Notes: generated by a model from the letters alone, not told the origin. A stretch of 32,000 nucleotides of DNA from Thermodesulfobacteriota bacterium (GCA_026625185.1 CP113000.1:2862651-2894650); one strand, 5' to 3'. Shown: positions 1-7,548, numbered from the stretch's first letter. Translations and numbers: made by a program.

Positions 1-2
1 CT

Positions 3-245
3 CTTTCGCCTGATGAAATAGAGGTTGCTTTTAAAGATGACCTCCTGGTGATTACAGGGGAAAAGAAAAAAACAAATAACTTTCATTACCCTCAAAATGG
101 AAAAATCTCCTTCAAGCGCATTATCCACCTCCCCAAAAAAATTCACGCTGATAAAATAGAAGCAACTTGCAAAGGGGGCGAACTGATTGTAATCCTCCCG
201 AAAATGAAAAATAAAACTCTTTCAATGAAGATTAAGATTGAATAG
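3..245 (+). CDS. Hsp20/alpha-crystallin small heat-shock protein, C-terminal part (5' end outside window)
   Basis: Frame 3 is open from the window edge: LSPDEIEVAFKDDLLVITGEKKK...FKRIIHLPKKIHADKIEATCKGGELIVILPKM. This fits the alpha-crystallin domain pattern (L.I.GE...F.R...LP..v....I.A...nG.L.I.lPK). Stop TAG at 243-245. Confidence 0.6.
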   Translation, partial: LSPDEIEVAFKDDLLVITGEKKKTNNFHYPQNGKISFKRIIHLPKKIHADKIEATCKGGELIVILPKMKNKTLSMKIKIE

Positions 246-281
246 ACTTTAGATAGAAACAATAAAAGGGTGAGATGATAA

Positions 282-2762
282 ATGATTAAAAAAATTTTTT
301 TTGAAGAAGTTCCTATCGAGAAACTCAGGTGGGAATGTCCTTTAGAGTATATCCCTTTTGAAAACTCAAACGAAATTGCACCGCTCACAGAAATCATCGG
401 GCAAGATCGGGCGGTTGAAGCGATTAAGGTGGGATTATCCATAGATAGTGAAGGTTATAATATTTTTGTGACTGGCCTTTCCGGGGCCGACCGCATTCCC
501 ACTATCCAGCAGTTGTTGGAGCAGACCAAAAAATCTGATGATGCGCCCCCTTCTGATATTTGCTGCGTGCACAATTTTAAGGACCCGGACTCCCCCCGGA
601 TAATTTATCTACCCGCCGGAAAAGGCAATGATCTTAAAAAAGACGTGCGTGAATTCATAGAGTCTTTAAAAAAAGATATCCCCCAAATTTTTGAGAGTGA
701 AGAATATAAAAACCGTAAAAAAGCCATCACCGAAAATTTTCGAGAAAAGCAAAAAGCAATAATCAAAGAGTTTGAAAAAAAAATAACGAGTGAAAATTTC
801 TCTATTGTTCAGGTTCAAATGGGACCGTTCACCCGTCCGGTTATTTTTCCGATTGTTATGGGAAATCCGATGCCGCTGGAACAGGTTGAAGCACTGGTTG
901 AAAAAGGCGAGTACCCGCGTGAGACGTATGAAAGAATGGCCCAAAAACTCTCTGATTTCACTTCAGAAATGGAAACCATATTTACTGAGCTGCAAAAAAG
1001 GGAAAAAGATTTTGAAGAAAAAATGAAGGCGCTCGATAAAGAGTTAGTATCACCCCTTCTCAATGAAGCGGAAGAGCTTATTAAGAAAAAATATCAGAAT
1101 GAAAAATTAAATCTCTACTTGTCCGAGATGATCGATGATATTTTAAACAATTTCACTTTTTTTATCCCCCGGCGGGAAAAAGAATCTCAGTTTCCCGCTC
1201 CCCCTACCCCTGACCTTTTTACTGAGTATCAAATCAACGTGCTGGTTGATAATTCTGAGACCAAAGGTACACCTATTATCATTGAAAGAAACCCTAATTA
1301 TCGAAACCTGTTTGGAGGAATCGAAAAAATCTTGGATCCACGGTACGGAGTATGGAGGACAGACTTTAGCCGGATTAAAGCCGGTTCGCTGCTTAAAGCT
1401 AATGGCGGTTATCTGGTTATGAATCTTCTCGATGCTGCAATAGAGCCGGGCGTTTGGCTTACTCTGAAAAGAGTTTTAAAGAACCGGAATGTGGAGGTTC
1501 AAAGTTTTGATCCTCTTTATCTTTTTAGCATGTCAACGTTAAAGCCGGAACCTATTGAAGTGAATATAAAGGTAGTGATGCTCGGTGACAACTATCTTTA
1601 TTACCTCCTCAATAACTATGATGATGATTTCAAGGATATTTTTAAAATTAAAGCGGACTTTGATACGGTGCTGAACAATGAAGAAAAAACCGTTAAACAA
1701 TATGCCTCATTTGTCAAAAAAATATGTGACGAAAAAAAAATAAGGCCTTTGGATAAAGGCGGAATCGCTGCAATAATTGAACATGGAGTGCGCCTTGCGG
1801 ACCGGCAAAAAAAAATTACCACTAAATTTTATAAATTAAGTGATGTCCTCAGTGAAGCAAACTACTGGGCAGACAATGATGGTTCTCCGATAATACAAAA
1901 CCATCATGTCGAAAAAGCTATTGAGCATCAAGAGTACCGGGTTAATTTGATCGAGAAAAAAATCCAGGAGATGATCGAAGATGGTCTTCTTATGATTGAT
2001 ACTGAGGGACACGTGATTGGCCAGGTCAACGGTCTTTCGGTTTATGATTTTGGAGACTTTTCTTTTGGAAAACCATCACGAATTACCGCTAAAACTTCCA
2101 TGGGGCGCTCCGGGATTATCAACATCGAACGGGAGGCAGATTTAAGCGGAAAAACTCATGACAAAGGGGTTTTAATTTTAGGGGGCTATCTTCGGGGCAA
2201 ATATGCCCAAAACAAACCCTTAAGCATGAGCGCCAGTATTTGCTTTGAGCAGTCTTATGGTGGCATAGACGGTGATAGCGCTTCTTCAACCGAAATTTAC
2301 GCGGTCCTCTCAAGCCTTGCAGACTTACCGCTCCGCCAAGATATCGCGGTTACCGGATCAGTAAACCAAAATGGTGAAATCCAGCCAATCGGAGGTGTTA
2401 ATCAGAAAATCGAAGGGTTTTTTGATGTCTGTCGCGCAAAAGGATTGACAGGAACCCAAGGAGTAATGATTCCCCACCAGAATGTTGTAGATTTATTGCT
2501 TCGCAAAGACGTAATCAAGGCAGTTGAAGAAAAAAAATTCCATGTCTATCCGATTAAAACCGTAGATGAAGGAATTGAACTTTTAACCGGATTACCCGCT
2601 GGAGAAAAACAGGCAGATTGGTCCTATGCCGGAGGAACAGTAAATTATTTAGTGGATAAAAAATTGCAGGCTCTCGCTGTGGGGCTCAAAACATTTTCTT
2701 CTGAAGAAAAAGAGACACCATCCCCAAAAGTGAATAAACGAAAAAAAATTTCCAACAATTAA
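282..2762 (+). CDS. Lon-like serine protease (COG1067/LonB-LonC type) with a non-canonical P-loop
   Basis: 826 aa. The N-terminus IIGQDRAVEAIKVGL..GYNIFVTG is typical of Lon-like AAA modules. The C-terminal S16 domain has the catalytic Ser in DGDSASS (Ser codon 2277-2279) and Lys in GGVNQKIEGFF. The expected Walker A position reads GLSGADRI (474-497), with no Lys. Confidence 0.85.
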   Translation: MIKKIFFEEVPIEKLRWECPLEYIPFENSNEIAPLTEIIGQDRAVEAIKVGLSIDSEGYNIFVTGLSGADRIPTIQQLLEQTKKSDDAPPSDICCVHNFKDPDSPRIIYLPAGKGNDLKKDVREFIESLKKDIPQIFESEEYKNRKKAITENFREKQKAIIKEFEKKITSENFSIVQVQMGPFTRPVIFPIVMGNPMPLEQVEALVEKGEYPRETYERMAQKLSDFTSEMETIFTELQKREKDFEEKMKALDKELVSPLLNEAEELIKKKYQNEKLNLYLSEMIDDILNNFTFFIPRREKESQFPAPPTPDLFTEYQINVLVDNSETKGTPIIIERNPNYRNLFGGIEKILDPRYGVWRTDFSRIKAGSLLKANGGYLVMNLLDAAIEPGVWLTLKRVLKNRNVEVQSFDPLYLFSMSTLKPEPIEVNIKVVMLGDNYLYYLLNNYDDDFKDIFKIKADFDTVLNNEEKTVKQYASFVKKICDEKKIRPLDKGGIAAIIEHGVRLADRQKKITTKFYKLSDVLSEANYWADNDGSPIIQNHHVEKAIEHQEYRVNLIEKKIQEMIEDGLLMIDTEGHVIGQVNGLSVYDFGDFSFGKPSRITAKTSMGRSGIINIEREADLSGKTHDKGVLILGGYLRGKYAQNKPLSMSASICFEQSYGGIDGDSASSTEIYAVLSSLADLPLRQDIAVTGSVNQNGEIQPIGGVNQKIEGFFDVCRAKGLTGTQGVMIPHQNVVDLLLRKDVIKAVEEKKFHVYPIKTVDEGIELLTGLPAGEKQADWSYAGGTVNYLVDKKLQALAVGLKTFSSEEKETPSPKVNKRKKISNN

Positions 2763-2782
2763 CTTCACTATTTCCAAGTGAA

Positions 2783-3504
2783 ATGGTAATGAATAAGAAG
2801 CTGCGGCATCTCATTGTGGCACTTGTGTTGGGGACGGTTTTTTCTTTTTTTATTGTCGGCATGAAAAGTACCAGGTCAGAAGAAACAAAAAAGGAAACCG
2901 CAAAAGAAGTGCCTCTTTTACTTTCGATTGCCGATAAATTTACGAGAGCAAAGCGACCCCCAGTCCAATTTTTTCACGATACACATGCCCATGCGCTCAA
3001 ACAAGAAGGATGCCAAGCATGTCACCCCTCGGATGAAAAAGGGATAACATCCTATTCCTTTCCCAAAAAAAAAATGAAAAAAACAAAAGGTCGCTTACCA
3101 ATTCTTACCACACCACATGTATCGGCTGTCATAAAAAACTTACCAAAGGCCCGGTTACCTGCAAAGCGTGTCATGTGTCAACAAATACAACCGCAAGTCC
3201 GCCCATCCGACCCGAAGGTCCTTTCAATTCCTATCTTCACGACCTCCATTCTGAACCTTCACAGAAAAATTGCGTAGTATGCCATCATACCGGAGATAAT
3301 TCCTCTTGCCGAAAATGTCACGGCTTAAAGGACAATGGTATCCCGTCCTACAAAACCGCCGCCCATTTATCGTGTTTAAATTGTCATTTGGAATCTAAGG
3401 CAGGCCCCACTTCCTGTAAAGGGTGTCACTCGGGAACACATGAATCTTCAGAAAAAATATCCAACCCTCCTGTCTGCAAAAATGATTATAGGTATTTTCC
3501 CTAA
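2783..3504 (+). pseudogene. Multihaem cytochrome c (7 CXXCH), split by a 1-nt frame change in an A10/A7 homopolymer region (true pseudogene, phase variant or assembly error)
   Basis: The frame-2 ORF (2783-3277) has a signal anchor and CQACH. Frame 1 is open from 3037 and reads ..SLTNSYHTTCIGCHKKLTKGPVTCKACH.., continuing into ORF 3175-3504 with CVVCH, CRKCH, CLNCH and CKGCH. After 3090, frame 2 has no haem motifs. A10 is at 3065-3074 and A7 at 3077-3083. Confidence 0.7.
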
Positions 3505-3553
3505 AAACCTAAACGCCGCTAATTTTTGAGCTGATGTCCTTGGTCACGGCTTA

Positions 3554-3606
3554 ACCCCGTTGCTTTTCGTTTTCAATTGGGTAGATCCGCCCCTAATGTT
3601 TTCCCC
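3554..3606. repeat. Repeat B, copy 1 (putative right end of the IS200-like element)
   Basis: ACCCCGTTGCTTTTCGTTTTCAATTGGGTAGATCCGCCCCTAATGTTTTCCCC aligns with 8424-8477 at roughly 75-80% identity by hand alignment, in the same orientation. Confidence 0.55.
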
Positions 3607-3664
3607 ATTTATGCATTTTATTAGTGGTCAATATTTTTAGTGTATTTTTTCATTTACTGGCGAT

Positions 3665-4137
3665 TTATAGACTAACACAGAGCTGAGTTGCCTCTCCGTT
3701 CGAAACCATGCGGTATCGCTATTTAGCTACCGTAGGTGACGCTATTCCACCGTTGGTGCCGCGCTCAATCACAACGATGTTATTATACCCTCTCCCAGTC
3801 TTCTATTTCTCCTTTATATATCCTAACCACCGGACTAGCCTCTGGTTTATTGATATCTTTGGAAACAGCTATCAAATGAATATGATTGGGCATAAGACAA
3901 TAGGCTCATATGGATACTTGTTTTAGGGAAGTGTGGGGGGGTGTGGGGCCAGTGTGGGGGTCGGGCCAAACAAGTAATCGATAATATTTTTAGGCCATAA
4001 CGTTTCTTGGCTTCATAAAGCCACGTTAGTCATCTCCGGCAATCCTTGGAAAATTTGAGCAGAAATTCCCTTTTATGGAAGCCGTGGGTGATATGCCATA
4101 TTTGCCCGGGAACATAATGTCTTTTAGCCCGTGCCAT
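3665..4137 (-). pseudogene. Y1 (IS200/RAYT-type) transposase pseudogene
   Basis: The minus strand from ATG at 4137 reads MARAKRHYVPGQIWHITHGFHKREFLLKFSKDCRR*LTWLYEAKKRYGLKILSIT[insert]TSIHMSLL.. This resembles the N-terminus of IS200-like/REP-associated Y1 transposases as I recall them (..HY.PG..WH.T.R.H.REFLLKF...W...L..AKKRYGL.IL.Y.VTSNHIHLL). Downstream there are in-frame stops and frame changes. Confidence 0.6.
3915..3976. repeat. 9-bp inverted repeat (TACTTGTTT / AAACAAGTA) enclosing a G-tract-rich triple GTGTGGGG repeat
   Basis: IR arms are at 3915-3923 and 3968-3976. Between them are G7 (3935-3941), G4 (3945-3948), G5 (3956-3960) and G3 (3963-3965), separated by 2-7 nt. This fits the G3+N1-7 quadruplex motif and is unique in this AT-rich window. 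Confidence 0.7.
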
Positions 4138-4171
4138 TAATCACCGTATATAACGTTATTTCACCTTAAAA

Positions 4172-4254
4172 AAATCAATATAAACCCAAATCCTCTCGGA
4201 TTTTGGAAATTATCATTTTTAATTTTAATTATTTAACTTGGCCCGATCCCCTAC
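4172..4254. repeat. Repeat A, copy 1 (putative left end/leader of the IS200-like element)
   Basis: 83 bp, 72/83 identical to 4628-4710 in direct orientation. It contains the hairpin CCAAATCC-TCTC-GGATTTTGG (4186-4206). On the minus strand it ends about 34 nt upstream of the transposase ATG. Confidence 0.75.
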
Positions 4255-4279
4255 ATAAATCACCCACCACTTTCTCAGA

Positions 4280-4585
4280 TTATTCTATGATATTTCCATT
4301 ACCAGTCTTCTTATAGTCAAGTTCGACAGAGTTTACAAATGCTATTCTGCCCACAGAATTAGGTAAAAATGAATGGGCTTTGCACCAGTCCTTAAATGTT
4401 TCTGGATCTATGTCAACACGAAGAGCAATGTTGTTAGCTCTTTTAATCTCTTCTAATTCTTTTTTGACAACAGCCTGCCAATCTTTATAGGTCGCAGGCA
4501 TATCTTTAGTATCTGTAAAGATGGTAAGTGCCTTATTATAAGTAAGATCATCCTTGTACCATCCAATTCCTATAATATCGTTCAT
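4280..4585 (-). CDS. Hypothetical protein (about 101 aa), no recognisable family
   Basis: ORF 4280-4603. GGAGG at 4597-4593 lies 7 nt before the ATG at 4585 (MNDIIGIGWYKDD...), so 4585 is the preferred start. It is preceded by repeat A2. Confidence 0.55.
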   Translation of the reverse strand: MNDIIGIGWYKDDLTYNKALTIFTDTKDMPATYKDWQAVVKKELEEIKRANNIALRVDIDPETFKDWCKAHSFLPNSVGRIAFVNSVELDYKKTGNGNIIE

Positions 4586-4627
4586 TCTCATACCTCCATT
4601 CATTTATGAGGTTCGTATGGGGAACCC

Positions 4628-4710
4628 AAATCAATATAAACCCAAATTCTCTCGAATTTTGGAAATTATCATTCGTAATTTTAATGAATTACCTTAGAAC
4701 GACCCCCTAC
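4628..4710. repeat. Repeat A, copy 2 (solo copy upstream of the 101-aa ORF)
   Basis: 87% identical to A1. Its hairpin is CCAAATTC-TCTC-GAATTTTGG (4642-4662). Relative to A1 it carries a compensatory C:G to T:A change. Confidence 0.75.
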
Positions 4711-4942
4711 GCTCAAAATCAGCGGCGGCGCGCAGCGCCGTCCGCTGCACCTGCGCGGACGGGTAATACTTGGACATGTTCACCCACGCGTAGGCGCCTT
4801 GCTCGGAGGGAAACTGGATCTTCACCTTGTTCTTGGGATTGCCGAACGTTTCAGCTAAGAGGTGGGCAAAGGAGTGCAGCGGATTTGCCCATCCAACTTC
4901 AGCCGTTTGTTCGGCAATACTATTCAACCAATTGTCAAGCAA
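4694..4942 (-). other. GC-rich ORF fragment (82 codons, TTG start only). Possibly a 5'-truncated foreign gene, with its 3' end overlapping a palindrome.
   Basis: No ATG start and no RBS. It overlaps the GGDEF gene's 3' end by 19 nt. Its GC content is clearly higher than its neighbours. It contains the bulged palindrome at 4720-4747. Confidence 0.25.
4720..4747. other. Bulged GC-rich palindrome (attC-like candidate)
   Basis: CAGCGGCGGCGC-gca-GCGCCGTCCGCTG forms a 12-bp stem with one unpaired base. An overlapping alternative stem is CCGTCCGC/GCGGACGG. Confidence 0.3.
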
Positions 4943-5826
4943 TTTCTCCCCGCAGCTTTGCTTTTGTACAAAAGTTTATCAGCTCTATTTATAAGGCTTT
5001 CCATGGTATCGCTTTCGCTAATGAGCGTAGCACCAACAGAAATTGTGACCCGCAACATTTTGTCATTATTATTTATGTATGAACTGGCTACGAGAGTCCG
5101 TACTCTGTTTCCAAGATTTTTAAGATCGTGGTCGTTTGTGTTACGTATAATACCAATAAACTCTTCTCCTCCCCAGCGGCCATAAAGATCAAAAGGTCTG
5201 GAGTTAGCAACAAAAGTATTTGCAACAAATTTAAGAACATCATCACCTACATCATGGCCATAGGTGTCATTGAACTGTTTAAAATGATCAATATCCATGA
5301 ACAGGACACCAAAGGGTACGTTAAAGCGTTTTTTTTCTTCAAACCTGATTTGTATTTCTCTTTCGATATAATATCTGTTTGCTAACTGAGTAAGATTGTC
5401 AAGAAGAGCTAGTTTTTCCAACTCTTTCACTCTCAGTTCGTTGGCTGACTGATTGCCAATATCGGTAAATAATTCTATCCCACCGATTATACTTCCTTTT
5501 CTGTCGATTAATGTACTGACTCGAACAGAAACTGGAATTCTGTGACCGTCCTTATGGTGCATGTATATTTCAGCTTCGCGAGGTTTTCCATCAGCAATGG
5601 CTGCTGCAAGAGGACACATTCCTTTGCAAAGATTATTACCATCACTATCGACGTGAGTGAGTATCTCATTGGCGCAAGATTTACCAACAACCTCACTAGC
5701 AGTGAATCCAGAGATCCTTTCAGCAGCTTTATTCCAGTATGAAATAATTCTGTCTTGATCTACAAAATATAAACCATCATGGAGGTTTTCAATAATCCTT
5801 TCATAAAAATCTTTTTCTAAATTCAT
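4924..5826 (-). CDS. PAS-domain diguanylate cyclase (GGDEF, active site GGEEF, I-site RxxD present)
   Basis: 300 aa. The N-terminal PAS region reads IIENLHDGLYFVDQDRIISYWNKAAERISGF. The C-terminal GGDEF domain reads FMDIDHFKQFNDTYGHDVGDDVL...RPFDLYGRWGGEEF. Confidence 0.9.
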   Translation of the reverse strand: MNLEKDFYERIIENLHDGLYFVDQDRIISYWNKAAERISGFTASEVVGKSCANEILTHVDSDGNNLCKGMCPLAAAIADGKPREAEIYMHHKDGHRIPVSVRVSTLIDRKGSIIGGIELFTDIGNQSANELRVKELEKLALLDNLTQLANRYYIEREIQIRFEEKKRFNVPFGVLFMDIDHFKQFNDTYGHDVGDDVLKFVANTFVANSRPFDLYGRWGGEEFIGIIRNTNDHDLKNLGNRVRTLVASSYINNNDKMLRVTISVGATLISESDTMESLINRADKLLYKSKAAGRNCLTIG

Positions 5827-5866
5827 AGAGTCTTTCTCACGCTCTTTTTGGTTTGTTGTTTATACA

Positions 5867-5929
5867 GCCGAACGCCGGGCATCAGCGGGAGGCCCAGTTT
5901 ATGGCCGATCCGCTGCATGCCTTTGATAG
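5867..5929. other. Bulged palindrome (attC-like candidate) that serves as the IS110 insertion target. Its right part continues at 7571-7579.
   Basis: GGCATCAGCGG (5878-5888) pairs with CCGCTGCATGCC (5910-5921) over 11 bp with one unpaired base. There is an inner GGCC/GGCC pair, with GCCGAAC (5867-5873) and GTTATGT (7573-7579) as outer AAC...GTT boxes. Confidence 0.35.
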
Positions 5930-6004
5930 TCATTAAGGCCTCCTCCTAAGGCATGATAAAATGTCTTTTGGATAAAAACAATTCTAACCAAAGGAGGAAA
6001 CCTT

Positions 6005-7051
6005 ATGAGATTCTACACCAATCAACACAAATTCTATTGTGGTATCGATTTGCACGCCCGATCCATGTACATCTGCATTCTGGATCAGGAGGGCAATACC
6101 GTGCTTCACAAAAACTTCAAAACCACCCCGGAATCCTTTCTTCGGGCCATCCAACCTTACCGGGAGGATATTGTCGTCGCCGTCGAATGCCTTTTTGTCT
6201 GGTTCTGGCTTGCCGATCTTTGCAACCGGGAAGCGATCCCTTTTGTTCTTGGACATGCACTCTACATGAAAGCGATCCATGGTGGCAAAAGCAAAAATGA
6301 CAAAATTGATTCCCGGAAAATCGCTGTTCTTCTCCGGGGAGGAACGCTGCCGACAGCCTATGTCTATCCGGAGGCCATGCGCTCAACCCGGGATCTCCTC
6401 AGGCGGCGAAACCATTTAATGCGAAAACGCTCCGAACTGCTGCCCCATATCCACAACACTAACAGCCAATATAACCTTCCCGAGTTTGAAAAGAAAATCT
6501 CATACAAGGCAAATCGTGACGGCGTCTCCGATCACTTTCCTGACCCGTCCGTTCAGAAAAGTATCGAAGTGAATCTTCAACTCCTCGATCTCTATGACCG
6601 GCTCCTTACCGAACTGGAACTTTTCATCGTCAAGCAAGCCAAAGGGAACGACATCCGAAGCTTTTATCTGCTTCGAAGCATCCCCGGAATGGAAAAAATC
6701 CTCAGCCTCATTGTACTGTATGAAGTTCATGATATCACCCGCTTTGCCCGTGTCCAGGACTTCGTTTCCTATTGTCGTCTGGTCAAATGCCCCAGAGGGT
6801 CAGGAGGAAAAAAGTCCGGCGCCAAAAACAGCAAAATCGGCAACGCCCATCTCAAGTGGGTCTTCTCCGAAGCAGCCTGTCTTTTCCTCCGAGGCAACGA
6901 ACCGGCTCAAAACTATCACGACCGCCTCGTTAGCAAGCTCGGCAAGGGAAAGGCTCTTTCAATCATTGCCCATAAAATCGGCCGGGCCGTCTACTTCATG
7001 CTCAAAAGAAAGGAACCGTTCAATGTAAACACTTTTTTTGCCCATATATGA
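6005..7051 (+). CDS. IS110-family transposase/recombinase (DEDD N-terminal domain + Transposase_20-type C-terminal domain)
   Basis: 348 aa. Motifs: YCGIDLHARS, VAVECLF, KNDKIDSRKIA, and C-terminal SIPGMEKILSLIVLYEVHDITRF...GSGGKKSGAKNSKIGNAHLKW. RBS AAGGAGG at 5991-5997. Confidence 0.9.
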   Translation: MRFYTNQHKFYCGIDLHARSMYICILDQEGNTVLHKNFKTTPESFLRAIQPYREDIVVAVECLFVWFWLADLCNREAIPFVLGHALYMKAIHGGKSKNDKIDSRKIAVLLRGGTLPTAYVYPEAMRSTRDLLRRRNHLMRKRSELLPHIHNTNSQYNLPEFEKKISYKANRDGVSDHFPDPSVQKSIEVNLQLLDLYDRLLTELELFIVKQAKGNDIRSFYLLRSIPGMEKILSLIVLYEVHDITRFARVQDFVSYCRLVKCPRGSGGKKSGAKNSKIGNAHLKWVFSEAACLFLRGNEPAQNYHDRLVSKLGKGKALSIIAHKIGRAVYFMLKRKEPFNVNTFFAHI

Positions 7052-7548
7052 CGGGACGAGGTAGGCGATCCCAACGCCTAACTGGAACGCCTTTTTCGGG
7101 ATATCATCTTCAGGGTGCTTTACAAAATTAATCCGATTGCATCAACGAATGCGCATAGCGCCATAGGAAAATAACCTGTAAATCCGCTGCCTTGATTGGA
7201 CGCCTACCTAGGTCCCCATTAATTTTATACGGTGGTGCAATGACAACGGTTTTTCGTGTGTTGCCCCACCCCCGAGCCCCCATTGCAACTGGACTCCCAG
7301 AGCATAACCGGGGAGAGCCCGACTTTTGATAGGGCCAGCATGCGGGTACGAATGATCTTCTAGTTGCGGGCAAAAGCCCCAGGCGCAAACAGCGCTTTAT
7401 CCTCAATAGGTGTTTGGTGCAGACACGTTTCTGCAAACCTGTTCCTTGGAAACTAAGCCGGCATCGTTGGCCTTGTTACAGCATCATTGTTACTTGTGGC
7501 GCAGAACATCTTTTATTCTTTTTCTCCGTCAAGGGGGACTTTTTTCTC
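7052..7548 (+). ncRNA. Candidate bridge/seek RNA region in the 3' tail of the IS110-family element
   Basis: About 500 nt with no credible ORF. An interrupted 16-bp long-range helix joins 7053-7070 and 7197-7214, and there are local hairpins (e.g. 7363-7390). Segments 7323-7333 and 7406-7414 copy the left and right flanks of the insertion site. Confidence 0.35.

Larger units (their letters stand above)
3554..4254 (-). mobile_element. Decayed IS200-like / RAYT-like (Y1 HUH transposase) element, about 701 bp
   Basis: A Y1-transposase pseudogene is bracketed by repeat B1 (3' end) and repeat A1 (5' end, with hairpin). The 701-bp size matches the ~0.7 kb of IS200-type elements. Both end sequences recur elsewhere in the window. 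Confidence 0.55.

Noticed and set aside
143-2313. Antisense or alternative-frame ORFs within the lon-like gene (143-442, 666-944, 790-1026, 815-1063, 1616-1822, 2119-2313)
   Set aside because: They lie entirely inside a strongly supported 826-aa gene and have low-complexity composition with no RBS.
3708-3926. 72-aa plus-strand ORF
   Set aside because: It is antisense to the recognisable Y1 transposase pseudogene and has no homology signal.
4172-4254. Repeat A as a canonical attC site (A1 contains GTTAAAT on the minus strand, matching GTTRRRY)
   Set aside because: The box is not conserved in A2 (GTTCTAA), and I found no complementary RYYYAAC partner. The repeat lies upstream, not downstream, of the ORFs and flanks a Y1 transposase, so an IS200-type end is the better explanation.
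4606-5385. Plus-strand ORFs (4606-5082, 4862-5185, 5128-5385) overlapping repeat A2, the GC-rich patch and the GGDEF gene
   Set aside because: They are antisense to a well-supported GGDEF gene or run through repeats. They have no start context and an Arg/Ser/Pro-rich composition.
7128-7436. 102-aa ORF on the minus strand inside the IS110 3' tail
   Set aside because: It has no RBS, an Arg/Pro/Gly-rich composition typical of a random ORF in GC-rich DNA, and it overlaps the structured region and flank-matching segments. The region is better explained as non-coding RNA.
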